Source: a virus
Lineage: Duplodnaviria > Caudoviricetes
Virus record (IMG/VR): IMGVR_UViG_3300029305_003084
Reading direction: 5' to 3' (one strand)
DNA length: 64,000 nt
Positions 39,901 to 50,319 of the stretch are shown piece by piece. A program made the translations under genes and the position numbers. The stretch's first letter is position 1. The number at the start of each line of letters is the position of its first letter. The notes under the pieces are model-generated. The model saw only the letters and a list, made by a program, of their open reading frames with translations. It ran no database searches and had not been told where the DNA came from.

Positions 39901-40352
39901 ATGGTATCATTGAAGGTGTTACCGATAAAGATTATTATACTAATTCAACACATATTCCAGTTTATTATGATATTAGTGTGTTTGATAAGATTAAATTAGA
40001 AGCTCCTTATCATCAGTATGAGAATGCTGGTCATATTGCATATGTTGAAATTGATGGTGATCCTAGTACTAATTTAGATGCATTAGATAATATTGTTAAG
40101 TGTATGCAAGAATCCGGTATTGGTTATGGTGCCATTAATCATCCTCTAGATAGAGATCCTGTTTGTGGTTATAATGGCATTATTTATGACTGCTGCCCTA
40201 ACTGTAATCGTACAGAAGAAGATATGCCTTTTGAACGTATCAGAAGAATCACGGGATATCTCGTCGGCACGCTCGATAGATTTAATAATGCTAAGAGAGC
40301 TGAAGAATCTCAGCGAGTAAAACATGCAAGAATTCCATTTAATAATAAGTAA
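36974..40352 (+). CDS. nrdD: Anaerobic ribonucleoside-triphosphate reductase, spliced (exon 1 36974-37645, exon 2 38688-40352)
   Basis: ATP cone IIKRNG, HIHDLD, QNDQH|GGQS after splicing, YMGCRT, RRITGYL glycyl-radical motif. Confidence 0.95.
37646..38687 (+). ncRNA. Group I intron in nrdD
   Basis: Exon ends in T, intron ends in G; AATCCAGTGC, CAACAGACTA, AAGATATAGTC core elements. Confidence 0.9.
37884..38501 (+). CDS. Intron-encoded HNH homing endonuclease
   Basis: YHKIIA...IEHINDNPLDNNPSNL; C-terminal HTH-like ISKASGIPKGTLY. Confidence 0.85.
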   Translation: MSLVQISALWSLDHIKDNYYFDTETFNIINMDTNRILKPYIDKRGYYAVGLQRKYPTNTGRMTNNVKYHKIIALSIINNGPYELIEHINDNPLDNNPSNLKFSNHRNNSISMFKNGKNGNIDSIYKLIMADGTVYTGTMKEISKASGIPKGTLYDRFYMFNCDVDKSKGTQRKHKIKDFQELSSGSGRSKEIEYSVSVIIGGYDD

Positions 40353-40480
40353 TTTATATTACAACTATTATATTAATAGTAATTGAATAATTCAAAAGAG
40401 TTTTCAATTATATATTATATACGTATAAACCACATATAATGGTTTATATACTATTCGATTTTATTTGGAGGTAACGTACA

Positions 40481-41077
40481 ATGAATGTAAACGCTAACAA
40501 CAACATGGGTGGTAATAACATCCTCGACAAGACTATCGATATTAATCCCGTCGGCGTAATTTATAATCTCACTAGTGAGATTATTGAAGATTATGTAGAG
40601 CAGTATCTTGCCAGCAAGGGCGTAGATAATATTTCTCGCGTAAAGCTTATGGTAAGAAATGAAGGTAAGACCAGTCCTTATGTGGCACTGTATCTTTTCC
40701 TGAATAAGAATTCTTCCGCAATTGTATCCAATATCAATTCTATTCCTCCTGTGCTGAGAGATAAGATTGATAAGGTTAGTGTAAGTATGTCTGATGAGTT
40801 CAAGAAGGTTGTAACTCCTCTGACTGGTAATGACATTGAGTCTGGTCGTGCAGAAGGTGCAGATTATTATGTTAAGCTGAACATCTTCCGTGCAATTGGT
40901 ATGATGCTATCTGCTGATCCTAGAAAGCATAATCTGGTTATTACTGATGCAAAGAGACTGCCTAGAGGTAACTCTGTAATCTCTGTTCTGAAGGGCACTA
41001 ACTACAATTATGGTGGTTCTAGCGATAATGATAAGTACTCTCGTCAGGTTGACAGTCTGGAAAAGAGACATCGCTAA
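40481..41077 (+). CDS. Hypothetical early protein, probably highly expressed
   Basis: Early promoter at 40404, GGAGG RBS, biased codons, own terminator. Confidence 0.65.
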   Translation: MNVNANNNMGGNNILDKTIDINPVGVIYNLTSEIIEDYVEQYLASKGVDNISRVKLMVRNEGKTSPYVALYLFLNKNSSAIVSNINSIPPVLRDKIDKVSVSMSDEFKKVVTPLTGNDIESGRAEGADYYVKLNIFRAIGMMLSADPRKHNLVITDAKRLPRGNSVISVLKGTNYNYGGSSDNDKYSRQVDSLEKRHR

Positions 41078-41172
41078 TTAAATAAAATAAGACCTGTATA
41101 CATTAAGTTGTATACAGGTCTTATTTAAATTTTTTGTAATAAATATGAATTATAAAAAAGTGAGGTATAGTT

Positions 41173-41667
41173 ATGATTATTACTAATATTGATAATAATA
41201 CTGATTCTTGTAAATTTTATATGTGGTGTCCTAACTGTGGATATCATTATTTAAATCCCTATGAAAAATCATTAGATGACGGATGTTATGAAGAAAAATG
41301 TCCAGAATGTGATGATGGTATTATGTATGATATTGATTATAATATTTTTGATATTATTATTAATTTAAATAAAAAAGGATATAGAACATTTGCTTGTTGT
41401 GAAGGCCATAAAACTGGAAATAATGAAACACTTCCTCGTATTGGTTTTTGTACCGATGACTTATATAATAACGGGTTTTGTGTATTATTTGAAACAATAA
41501 GTACTATACTTATTGATTTATATCATATTGACGTTGATCAAGTATATTTTGATGTATATTTAAGTTTCATGTATGAAACTAAATATACATTTGAAGAAGC
41601 TAAAGAAATCTGGTTAACTAAAATGCGAGAAGTTGTTGATAAATTACCTTGTATTGGAGGAGAATAA
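41173..41667 (+). CDS. Zn-binding hypothetical protein
   Basis: CPNC, CPEC, LNKKGYRTFACCEGH. Confidence 0.6.
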   Translation: MIITNIDNNTDSCKFYMWCPNCGYHYLNPYEKSLDDGCYEEKCPECDDGIMYDIDYNIFDIIINLNKKGYRTFACCEGHKTGNNETLPRIGFCTDDLYNNGFCVLFETISTILIDLYHIDVDQVYFDVYLSFMYETKYTFEEAKEIWLTKMREVVDKLPCIGGE

Positions 41668-41668
41668 T

Positions 41669-41911
41669 ATGGTATTTAGTAAAATTTGTACACATTATGA
41701 ACGGGAATGTGAGCATAAAAATTTTGACGCAAGATATTATATTTACACATGTATTGGTCCATCAGCATGTATTTATTATGATCCGACATATGGTATATCT
41801 AATGAGACTGAAATAGATAGAAATACTCAGGATAATAAAAGTACTATGATTGATGATAGTGCATATACAATTTGCCCTCATTGTGGACATAAAATTTATA
41901 AGGAGAAATGA
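41669..41911 (+). CDS. Small Zn-ribbon protein
   Basis: GGAGG RBS; CPHCG. Confidence 0.5.
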   Translation: MVFSKICTHYERECEHKNFDARYYIYTCIGPSACIYYDPTYGISNETEIDRNTQDNKSTMIDDSAYTICPHCGHKIYKEK

Positions 41912-42354
41912 TTATGTTAAATTTATTATTAGATATTTTAATTATTTTCTGTTTTAGTTTGTTATTAATTATCGGATTTATTATGATCCCTCATCATTTT
42001 ATTACTGTAAAAAAAGATATGAATTTTGCATTGACTAAATGGGATAATCATGAACACTATTTAGTACAATTATCGTTCTTTGAATTCTTAAAAATTTATC
42101 ATGCTACACCATGGGTATATCATGACTTTAGAAAATGTATTGTGAAGAGAAATGATTATATTATTCATTTTAACCTTATTGATACAGTATTATATCGATT
42201 TTGGAATAGATATATTCGATACTACGGTGATGCAGATAATGCGTATAAATTAGATTTATTTGATCTAATTCAAGAAGATATTGGATATGAAAATGATAGT
42301 AAATATGTTATGAGAGTTCAAAAAATTATTGATAAAGAATATGGTAGGGTGTAA
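41908..42354 (+). CDS. Membrane-anchored hypothetical protein
   Basis: N-terminal TM helix. Confidence 0.5.
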   Translation: MIMLNLLLDILIIFCFSLLLIIGFIMIPHHFITVKKDMNFALTKWDNHEHYLVQLSFFEFLKIYHATPWVYHDFRKCIVKRNDYIIHFNLIDTVLYRFWNRYIRYYGDADNAYKLDLFDLIQEDIGYENDSKYVMRVQKIIDKEYGRV

Positions 42355-42412
42355 GTAATATTTTAAAATCTAATCCACATAAAAGTAATACAATTCATAT
42401 GGAGGTGGTAAA

Positions 42413-42775
42413 ATGGCAAAGAAATTTAAAGATCCTGAATTTAAATATGAGATTGAAGATATCGTAGGAATTGTGCGTGAAAATGATACACATGATTGGG
42501 TTAAGGCAGTTCTAAGAATTGCATGGGGTGACAACCCTAGTACATTGGATATTAGATCAATTAATCTAAAAAATAAAAGATTAGGTAAAGGAATCTCATT
42601 ATCTAATGAGGATGCTGATCGTTTAGTTAATATCCTATTAGAAAACGATTTTGGCACATTAGAAGATTTAGAGAATGCAATTAGAAGAAAACGTAGTTTC
42701 TTTACAATAGAAGAAAAACCTATTGAACTTGATGAATGTGATGATGATTTAATGTATGTCATCAATATCGATTAA
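42413..42775 (+). CDS. YdbC/PC4-like single-stranded DNA-binding protein
   Basis: W.K.V.RIAWGD...DIR...GKGISLS pattern. Confidence 0.7.
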   Translation: MAKKFKDPEFKYEIEDIVGIVRENDTHDWVKAVLRIAWGDNPSTLDIRSINLKNKRLGKGISLSNEDADRLVNILLENDFGTLEDLENAIRRKRSFFTIEEKPIELDECDDDLMYVINID

Positions 42776-42787
42776 AGGAATGATATT

Positions 42788-43867
42788 ATGTTAAATCCTT
42801 ATTTTAATTTATTCAAAGTAAAATATGAAATACTCACAAATCTTCTCAGAGAATCAAAAGATATTAAAGTTAGTTTAAAAGACAATATTAATGTATTTAT
42901 TGATCTGGAACCAATTTTAATAAAGTTAGCAAATACATATATCAATGACTATATTAAAAGTGGAGATAAGTCAATTGTATATGAATTTATTTCCAATATA
43001 GTAAATTTAGCTGCTCATTATCGATGGTTTTTTACAAAGCATAAATTAACCTCAAGAATTTATCTTTGTATGCCGTCAATAACTACAAAAGAATTTAAAA
43101 ATACCGCATATCACTCTGATTATAGAAAGTATTTTACTTTTAAATTCTTAAGTGATGTAAATAATGAACCGTTGACAGGATTGATCTGTAATTCAATAGA
43201 TTATATTAAATTAATTGTGGAATATATTCAAGGGGTATACTTTATTGAAAGTGGACCGATTGAAAATTCTGTAATTCCTTATGTCATTAATAAATATAAT
43301 GATGACAATAGTATTAACTTCTTAGTTACAAACTCTTCCTATAATTTCCAATATGTGAATCATAACTGCAATATTATCGTTCCAAGAAAAGATGATTCTG
43401 TTTTATTAACAAAACGGAATATTATTGAATTTATTGCTGATATTCATGATTGTAATGGAAATTATACAATTAATTCTAATATGGTTCCATTTATATTATC
43501 TATTACTGGAAATAAATATAGAAATATTTATAACATAAAACGAATGCAAATGAAATCAACATTTAAGTTGATCCAAAAAGCACTAAATGCTAATTTAATC
43601 AGTAATAATATTACAAATATTTATATGTTATCTCAGACGATGATACCATCAGTAAGAGATCAGTTGATATTAAATTATAATTTAACTGATATTGAAAGTC
43701 AATATAATCGGTTAAATAAGAAAGATTTATTTTCAATTTATGATCAATTGAAGGATAAATTAGATAATGTATCGTTGAAGAAAATAAATGATAAATTATT
43801 TATAAAAGATCCTTTAATGTTAGTTGAAATTACAACGATTCCATATAAAGGAAATGTGAAATTTTAA
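42788..43867 (+). CDS. 5'-3' exonuclease/PIN-like protein
   Basis: NVFIDL...NLAAHYRWFF; FEN-like layout; catalytic acidic residues look degenerate. Confidence 0.45.
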   Translation: MLNPYFNLFKVKYEILTNLLRESKDIKVSLKDNINVFIDLEPILIKLANTYINDYIKSGDKSIVYEFISNIVNLAAHYRWFFTKHKLTSRIYLCMPSITTKEFKNTAYHSDYRKYFTFKFLSDVNNEPLTGLICNSIDYIKLIVEYIQGVYFIESGPIENSVIPYVINKYNDDNSINFLVTNSSYNFQYVNHNCNIIVPRKDDSVLLTKRNIIEFIADIHDCNGNYTINSNMVPFILSITGNKYRNIYNIKRMQMKSTFKLIQKALNANLISNNITNIYMLSQTMIPSVRDQLILNYNLTDIESQYNRLNKKDLFSIYDQLKDKLDNVSLKKINDKLFIKDPLMLVEITTIPYKGNVKF

Positions 43868-43941
43868 ATATTTATTATGTATAGACATATAATTTTGTCT
43901 ATACATAATAAATATAATTATTTGAGAGGGGAAATAAAATC

Positions 43942-44361
43942 ATGGAGAATGAAAATAGAGATTATTATGAATATGATGAAAACGGAAATGTTACATATTC
44001 AAAAATACATGAGGTAATAGAATCATGGGGTGAGTATGATAAATTTGGCAATTTAATTCATTATAAAAGTTCTACTGGAACAGAATATTTTATTGATCGA
44101 GATGAAGTTGGTAATATGATCTGCTTTAGATCTATTGATCAAAATTTAGTATTACCTATAACAAATACTGTTCATATTGATCCAGATATTTATACACCTG
44201 ATGATAATCCTGATTCGAAAGAAAAAGAAGCATCATTATTCAAACGTATAAAAGATAAAATTGTTGATACATATGAGGTAGATAAAGTATTCATTTCTAT
44301 ACTATTATCTGTCAGTGGTATTATATTATTTACTGTTACATATTTTTCTATATTAATGTAA
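43942..44361 (+). CDS. YD-repeat-like protein with C-terminal TM anchor
   Basis: EYDENGN, EYDKFGN; terminal hydrophobic helix. Confidence 0.6.
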   Translation: MENENRDYYEYDENGNVTYSKIHEVIESWGEYDKFGNLIHYKSSTGTEYFIDRDEVGNMICFRSIDQNLVLPITNTVHIDPDIYTPDDNPDSKEKEASLFKRIKDKIVDTYEVDKVFISILLSVSGIILFTVTYFSILM

Positions 44362-44377
44362 TGCGGAGGTATTATAT

Positions 44378-44785
44378 ATGAGTAATTTTAAAGCTTTTGA
44401 AATTCGAATGGAAGATAGTTATGAAGATCGTATATTTCGTCTTATGGCAGATTTTAGAGTATTTGGTGTAGATTTTTCTGATAGTACACAAGAAATGATT
44501 AATGATCGCATATTTTATTATTCTGTACCTGAAAAAACTATGACATCTATATTTAGTATGGATGGTGAAGAATATAAAAAGTTTGTAAAGAATAAATTAA
44601 TTGATTTAATTGTCAGTGGTGTTGATAGTACTGATGAAAAATTTTTAAAAGAATGCAAAGAACATCTTTTGCAAACAGTTAAATGTTTCTCTAAGATTCG
44701 ACATGGTGATTATTGGACTGATAGTAAAGTATTTGCTATGTTGGATGAAATGAAAAATGAAGTATCTGAATATGGAGAGATTTAA
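44378..44785 (+). CDS. Hypothetical protein, paralog of 45366
   Basis: GVDF...YYSVPEK...KIRHGDYW. Confidence 0.6.
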   Translation: MSNFKAFEIRMEDSYEDRIFRLMADFRVFGVDFSDSTQEMINDRIFYYSVPEKTMTSIFSMDGEEYKKFVKNKLIDLIVSGVDSTDEKFLKECKEHLLQTVKCFSKIRHGDYWTDSKVFAMLDEMKNEVSEYGEI

Positions 44786-44788
44786 ATT

Positions 44789-45313
44789 ATGAAAAAAGAT
44801 TATAATACAGTAGAATATTTTGTAGAGTATAAATATAAGTTTATTGCACACAATTGTGATAATAATTACCTATATACTATTTATAAAAAACTTCCTACTA
44901 ATTCAGAAGGAAAAATTATATATGAGCATAATAATTTTGATGATGAGAAAAGAGTATTAAGTGCTGAATATGTTGAAGCATTAAGTGCACAAACTACGTC
45001 ATATAGTCCATTATATAAATATGATGATAAAGGACGGGTATGTTATAAAGAAACGAATAATGGTAATTATAAAACATGGATTGAATATGATAACGATAAC
45101 AGAGTTGTCCATGAAAGAATAGATAATGGTTTATTGGGCAATGGTTACAGTTATTATGAATATGATGATTATGGTAATTTAACTCATTATTATAATTCTG
45201 AAACTAAGTGTACTGAATATTGGCAAAAATTTGATAAAGATGGGAATCGAATTTATTTTAGAGATAATAATGGTAACGAGAGAATTGGTCCTGATATTAT
45301 TGGCTATGTATAA
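44789..45313 (+). CDS. MKRDYN-family YD-repeat-like protein
   Basis: MKKDYNTVE...HNCD; YDDKG, YDDYG. Confidence 0.7.
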   Translation: MKKDYNTVEYFVEYKYKFIAHNCDNNYLYTIYKKLPTNSEGKIIYEHNNFDDEKRVLSAEYVEALSAQTTSYSPLYKYDDKGRVCYKETNNGNYKTWIEYDNDNRVVHERIDNGLLGNGYSYYEYDDYGNLTHYYNSETKCTEYWQKFDKDGNRIYFRDNNGNERIGPDIIGYV

Positions 45314-45365
45314 TAGTTTAATTGGAAAATTCAATTATGTATTATAATAATATAAATGGAGGGAT

Positions 45366-45836
45366 ATGCTTATGGAAAAACTTTTAAATTATGAAGAAAC
45401 AAAAAGTTATTTAGACAGAATTGTTAAAATTGATATGAATAAAGAGTTTAACAAGCGATTTAAACATGTAACATATAGTCTTACTATGATTGGTGTAGAA
45501 TTTGATCCTATATTAAATAATGATCATAGTGATGATAAACTATATTATTCTGTCCCAAAAAAACTTATATTTGAAGATAATGATATTACTGCATGTATTG
45601 ATAGTAATGAATTTATTAAATATGTAAAAAATATACTGCTGGATGTATTAGGTACTTCAGCTGATGATCCAATTGATTCTGAAGAGTTTAAAAGTTGTAG
45701 AGAATGGATGTTGGATGAAATCACCTTCTATGCTAAGGTTAGACATGATGATATTTGGGATATCGAAAAAATTATGAATAAATTAGATAATATTCAGAAA
45801 GAAATTGATAAATTGAGTGAATATATTGAAGCATAA
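45366..45836 (+). CDS. Hypothetical protein, paralog of 44378
   Basis: GVEF...YYSVPKK...KVRHDDIW. Confidence 0.6.
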   Translation: MLMEKLLNYEETKSYLDRIVKIDMNKEFNKRFKHVTYSLTMIGVEFDPILNNDHSDDKLYYSVPKKLIFEDNDITACIDSNEFIKYVKNILLDVLGTSADDPIDSEEFKSCREWMLDEITFYAKVRHDDIWDIEKIMNKLDNIQKEIDKLSEYIEA

Positions 45837-45883
45837 TTATTTTTAATTATATATTATGATAATATAAAGGGGAAGAATATAAT

Positions 45884-46228
45884 ATGGATGAGATTATTAG
45901 TGCTGCAATTAATATGATCAATAGTGAATTAATTAAAGCAAAAAGTTCTAATTATGTTTTCAATAATAATCATTCACGTTTTGTTTTAGATGAAACTGAT
46001 AAATATAAAATACAGGCTGCTAATATTGGGGATATTGTTAAAGTGATAGATAGTGATCGATGGTATTGTCTAATTGATCCAGGTAGTATTGATAATGAAT
46101 CTGGGTGGGTATTGATACGTGATCCTGATATTCCAGAAAATGTTAAAGACTATATCAAATTTTTAGAATATTTAAAAACCAATATTAATCAAATATATCG
46201 ATTATATGAATATACGAAAGGAAAATAA
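45884..46228 (+). CDS. Hypothetical early protein
   Basis: Early promoter at 45843, RBS. Confidence 0.55.
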   Translation: MDEIISAAINMINSELIKAKSSNYVFNNNHSRFVLDETDKYKIQAANIGDIVKVIDSDRWYCLIDPGSIDNESGWVLIRDPDIPENVKDYIKFLEYLKTNINQIYRLYEYTKGK

Positions 46229-46233
46229 TAGTT

Positions 46234-46485
46234 ATGAAAATGGTTATGGATGTAAAAATTATACTTGTTCATGAACAGTGTCCAGAATGTAAAACAGGTA
46301 CTATGATATGTGATTTTAAGGCACCTGTATTACTTAGCAATCCACCACATTATCATCATATTTGTAGTCTCTGTGGACACACTGGCTATTATATGGAAAC
46401 ATTTCCTTGTCAAAGAGTAGTTCCTGTTGGATCTTTAAGAAAAATGACTGAAGCAGAAAGGGATGAATTAGGTTATGAATTATAA
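46234..46485 (+). CDS. Small Zn-ribbon protein
   Basis: CPEC...SNPPHYHHICSLCG. Confidence 0.6.
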   Translation: MKMVMDVKIILVHEQCPECKTGTMICDFKAPVLLSNPPHYHHICSLCGHTGYYMETFPCQRVVPVGSLRKMTEAERDELGYEL

Positions 46486-47020
46486 TGCAGTAGTTTGTGT
46501 AGTAAAAATCAGAGATAATCATTGTGGTACGTATTATTCTGAATTAAATTGTAATATGGATATAATTCATGAACAGTATGATGATAATAGTGAAATTTAT
46601 TTTGAATATGATAATAAAGGTCGATTGGTTCATGAACTTGGCATTGTTCCTTATGATTCTGATATGAATCATGAAATATGGTATGAATATGATGAGAATG
46701 GCCATTTGATTTATAAATGTTGGGATGATGAGTATGAAGAGTGGCGTACCTATAATAATGGTAGACTGATATCTACAAAAAGTAAATATAAAGATGATAG
46801 CATTGGGGATGTGGTCATTTATTTTAGTAATGTCAATGGTTATATGATGGTAGATGATAATTTAAATATTACAGTTCGTGAGTATAATGCCAATGGTCGT
46901 ATGACTAGATATAAATTTAACAACTTTGAAGAATTTTATAAATATAATGAATCTGGTGAAAAAATATATTATAAAAGAGTATATAAAGATGGTAAAGTGA
47001 TTGAAAGGGAATATGACTGA
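46475..47020 (+). CDS. MKRDYN-family-related YD-repeat protein
   Basis: MNYNAVV...ELNCN; EYDNKG, EYDENG. Confidence 0.65.
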   Translation: MNYNAVVCVVKIRDNHCGTYYSELNCNMDIIHEQYDDNSEIYFEYDNKGRLVHELGIVPYDSDMNHEIWYEYDENGHLIYKCWDDEYEEWRTYNNGRLISTKSKYKDDSIGDVVIYFSNVNGYMMVDDNLNITVREYNANGRMTRYKFNNFEEFYKYNESGEKIYYKRVYKDGKVIEREYD

Positions 47021-47029
47021 GGTATTAAA

Positions 47030-47446
47030 ATGAACAATAACGAAATTATTATTAATCGTATTACAGTATATGATGCACATAATAAACTTGTAGATAGTAT
47101 TACTATTTGTCCGAATCAGGATATTCCTAAATTAGTACTATTTAATTTAGGGGTAATTCCAGGTAAGCAGCCTAAGAATGTACTTTCCTATATTATAAGA
47201 CGTATGTATATGAGTTGTTTACGTAATTTAAATGATGGTATATATATTCTTAGATTAGAAACTGCTCATCGGATTGAAGATGAACGTGGCATTAGAACCA
47301 AAATTACTAGAAATTCTATTATCCCATATCGTATAAGAAAAGTAGGATATCGATTCGATTTATTAAATATAATACATAATACTGTTTATCATAGTTATAC
47401 TGTGAAGGAAAATATTAGCTTTGAACTTTCTAATAGTGAGGGGTAA
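47030..47446 (+). CDS. Hypothetical protein
   Basis: GAGG RBS; weak similarity to the RIYCND family. Confidence 0.5.
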   Translation: MNNNEIIINRITVYDAHNKLVDSITICPNQDIPKLVLFNLGVIPGKQPKNVLSYIIRRMYMSCLRNLNDGIYILRLETAHRIEDERGIRTKITRNSIIPYRIRKVGYRFDLLNIIHNTVYHSYTVKENISFELSNSEG

Positions 47447-47452
47447 ATAGTA

Positions 47453-47848
47453 ATGATGGATAAATATGCTGTGACTATACGATGCAATGGTCATCGTATA
47501 TGTGATATAGTTATTGATAATTTAGAAATGTATGATAAGATTTTAGAAATACTTGGATGTACAGAAAACACTACATTGTCACGATATGAAATTTTACATA
47601 ATATTTTATATCATATAAATCCTTATGTGGTTGATTTTATAATTGGTGATTTCGAAATTAGGGTTCAACTTCTTAAATATAATGAAACACGTAGAGTATT
47701 TGAAGTAATAAGAGCAGACCAATCCAAGTATTATGTATACAGAAGACTTGATTATATTAGTATTGGCAAATATACTGATTATCCATCTGGATCTAAAGAT
47801 GAATCTTATAAATTAGAAGAGTTTAATTTTAATAAATTATTTAAATGA
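47453..47848 (+). CDS. RIYCND-family hypothetical protein
   Basis: TIRCNGHRI...GDFEIRVQL. Confidence 0.55.
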   Translation: MMDKYAVTIRCNGHRICDIVIDNLEMYDKILEILGCTENTTLSRYEILHNILYHINPYVVDFIIGDFEIRVQLLKYNETRRVFEVIRADQSKYYVYRRLDYISIGKYTDYPSGSKDESYKLEEFNFNKLFK

Positions 47849-47857
47849 GGTAATTTT

Positions 47858-48196
47858 ATGAGTAGTAAATATTTAAGAATTTATTGTAATGATGAAAAGA
47901 TTAGAAGTACTGGTGTAAATAAAGATCAGTGTGAAAGAATCATGGATGATTTAATCTTTGGTGGTGACAGATTATATATTAAAGATATTTTAAAAAATGT
48001 AATGCCTCATGTATTTTTCCACATTCGTAATGAGCCTGATGGTATTTTTACCATTAAAGCTCAGTTAGTTAGAAATAGAAAGAATGGTAAAAAAGAATAT
48101 GATACTTTAGAAGCACGATATTATATCATTAAAAAAGGTGTTACGTATGGGATAATGCATAAAGATGCTATGTATTATCCATTTGATATTTTATAA
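47858..48196 (+). CDS. RIYCND-family hypothetical protein
   Basis: RIYCNDEKI...GIFTIKAQLVR. Confidence 0.6.
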   Translation: MSSKYLRIYCNDEKIRSTGVNKDQCERIMDDLIFGGDRLYIKDILKNVMPHVFFHIRNEPDGIFTIKAQLVRNRKNGKKEYDTLEARYYIIKKGVTYGIMHKDAMYYPFDIL

Positions 48197-48212
48197 AAAG
48201 GAAAGATTAATT

Positions 48213-48779
48213 ATGAAAAAAGATTATAATAAGGTAGAAGCTATTCAGGTTTTTAAAGATGATTATAAAGGTCTGTATGATGATCATTATATAACATTGA
48301 ATTGTGATATGAATCCAATTCATATTCATATAGGTAAGACCAATCATTATTATAAATATGATAATAGAGGTAATCCGACATTTGTTAAGTATGGATCAGG
48401 TATAATAGAACTTAGAGCTTTTGATAAATATAACAATATGGTACATAAAATCTCATGTGTAAAAACAACACCTAAATATGTACATTATACCAACACATAT
48501 GATGATTATGGTCGGCTTATTTATCATGGTAGTCCTACATTTGAAGAATGGTATGAGTATAATGATAATGGTGATGTTATTTATTACAAATCAGTAATGT
48601 CTGGTTCAGTATTTGAAAGGTATATGGAATATGATTATGAAAATGATATTTTAACTGAATATTGTTACCGTGGTGAATATACTGGTGATAATAATTTAGT
48701 CGAACATTCAGCAAAAACTAAACCATATAAATATCGATTAACCAAATACCAATATGGTATTTATGAGTATGCTAATTAA
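48213..48779 (+). CDS. MKRDYN-family YD-repeat-like protein
   Basis: MKKDYNKVEA...LNCD. Confidence 0.7.
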   Translation: MKKDYNKVEAIQVFKDDYKGLYDDHYITLNCDMNPIHIHIGKTNHYYKYDNRGNPTFVKYGSGIIELRAFDKYNNMVHKISCVKTTPKYVHYTNTYDDYGRLIYHGSPTFEEWYEYNDNGDVIYYKSVMSGSVFERYMEYDYENDILTEYCYRGEYTGDNNLVEHSAKTKPYKYRLTKYQYGIYEYAN

Positions 48780-48792
48780 AGGGAGAATAAAT

Positions 48793-49047
48793 ATGAAACG
48801 AGATTACAATAGAGTGGAAGCTATTGTATTAACTGAACATTATGGTTGGCATGAAGTGAATTGTGAAATGCATCCTATTCGTATTCATTTTGATGATATT
48901 TGTACATATTTTAAGTATGATGATAAAGGTAGAGTCATTTACGAAGAATGTAATGATGTTATAAGAACTTGGAAATATGATGATGAAAATAATAAAGTTC
49001 ATAGTAAAAGTACTGATGATGATTATGAATATTGGGAATTATTATGA
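48793..49047 (+). CDS. MKRDYN-family protein
   Basis: MKRDYNRVEA...VNCE. Confidence 0.7.
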   Translation: MKRDYNRVEAIVLTEHYGWHEVNCEMHPIRIHFDDICTYFKYDDKGRVIYEECNDVIRTWKYDDENNKVHSKSTDDDYEYWELL

Positions 49048-49586
49048 AAAGAGATTACAATCGAGTAGAAGCAGTTGTCATGTATCATGAATATGATACT
49101 GTTAAATTTAAAGAAGTAAATTGTAATATGGATGATTTACGATATACTCAACTTAATGGTGTCGAAGTACGAATCATTTATGATGAGTTTGGTAATAGAA
49201 TCTCTAGAATTGTAGGCAATGGTATTAGATTTGATATGGAATATGATGATCATAATACTATTACTAAACTTAGTATGTTTGAAGATCATAAATGTACCAC
49301 AACTATTAACTATTTAAATACATATGAAAACGATAACCTTATTGCACAAGTTAGTAGTAACATGGAGAAGGAATATTTCCAATATAATCAATATGGTGAT
49401 TGTGTGTTTTGTATGTTTGCATTCAATGATAATTGTGATATTATCACGTTTTATGAATATGATTATGTGAATAATATTATAGTTGTTAAAAATATATACA
49501 ATGATACAGAAAAAGTTCATACACGAATTAGGTATTTAAATTTGTTTAAATATCGGTATGGTATTTGTGAAGTCATTGAAAACTAA
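49044..49586 (+). CDS. MKRDYN-family YD-repeat-like protein
   Basis: MKRDYNRVEA...VNCN. Confidence 0.7.
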   Translation: MKRDYNRVEAVVMYHEYDTVKFKEVNCNMDDLRYTQLNGVEVRIIYDEFGNRISRIVGNGIRFDMEYDDHNTITKLSMFEDHKCTTTINYLNTYENDNLIAQVSSNMEKEYFQYNQYGDCVFCMFAFNDNCDIITFYEYDYVNNIIVVKNIYNDTEKVHTRIRYLNLFKYRYGICEVIEN

Positions 49587-49640
49587 ATATAAATAAAAGG
49601 GATATAGATAAATTCTATATCCCTTTTATTTTTTTTGTAT

Positions 49641-50213
49641 TTATGTAGATAGAATTATATAAACAAATTCAAATTCGGAAGATGTTCCCATTCCATCATA
49701 ACTTCCGCTAATTGTTACTGAGTTATTACTCCATGATATGCTAGATCGATCATACCTCCAGGTACCACCTCTTACGCCAACTATAGTATATTGGAATGAG
49801 TCATGATATCCTTCTGGATCTGCACTAACAGTTTCTTGATTCATAGCGTTTCTTTCTGCATTAGAAATAATGATTGCCACTGGATATCCATCACATGATA
49901 ATGTTTTTGATTTACCATTATAATCGTATGTAAAACCACTATATTGACCATATGTAATTTTTAAAGAACTGGAGCTTGATAGTGCTGTAGAAATAGCAGA
50001 ATCGATTCCTAAATTAGTTCTAGCTTGTGTTGCTGTAGTTGCACCAGTACCACCATTTGCAATAGAAATTGGTAATGATGGGATTGAATTTAATTTGGTT
50101 TGTAATTCATTAATATCAGATACATTATGTGTATGTGATTTTACATTAGAGTTTTTAATTTCATCTAGTTTTGTTTCTACGATGCTAGATGAAAAATTAT
50201 CCATAATTCCCAT
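49641..50213 (-). CDS. Short tail-fibre/RBP-like protein A
   Basis: HTHNVSDI and LPISIANGGTGATTATQARTNLG fibre motifs. Confidence 0.7.
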   Translation of the reverse strand: MGIMDNFSSSIVETKLDEIKNSNVKSHTHNVSDINELQTKLNSIPSLPISIANGGTGATTATQARTNLGIDSAISTALSSSSSLKITYGQYSGFTYDYNGKSKTLSCDGYPVAIIISNAERNAMNQETVSADPEGYHDSFQYTIVGVRGGTWRYDRSSISWSNNSVTISGSYDGMGTSSEFEFVYIILST

Positions 50214-50227
50214 TTTATACACATCCC

Positions 50228-50262
50228 CTTATAAACAAATTTATAATAAATTTGTTTATAAG
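50228..50262. promoter_or_regulatory. 35-bp hairpin element P1 abutting the RBS; copies at 51037-51071 and 60229-60263, variant at 61810-61847
   Basis: CTTATAAACAAATTTA-TAA-TAAATTTGTTTATAAG identical three times; contains AACA motifs. Confidence 0.75.
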
Positions 50263-50319
50263 CATGAATATAATTTAGAGATATATAGATTATTTAATAA
50301 TCTATATATCTCTAAAAAT

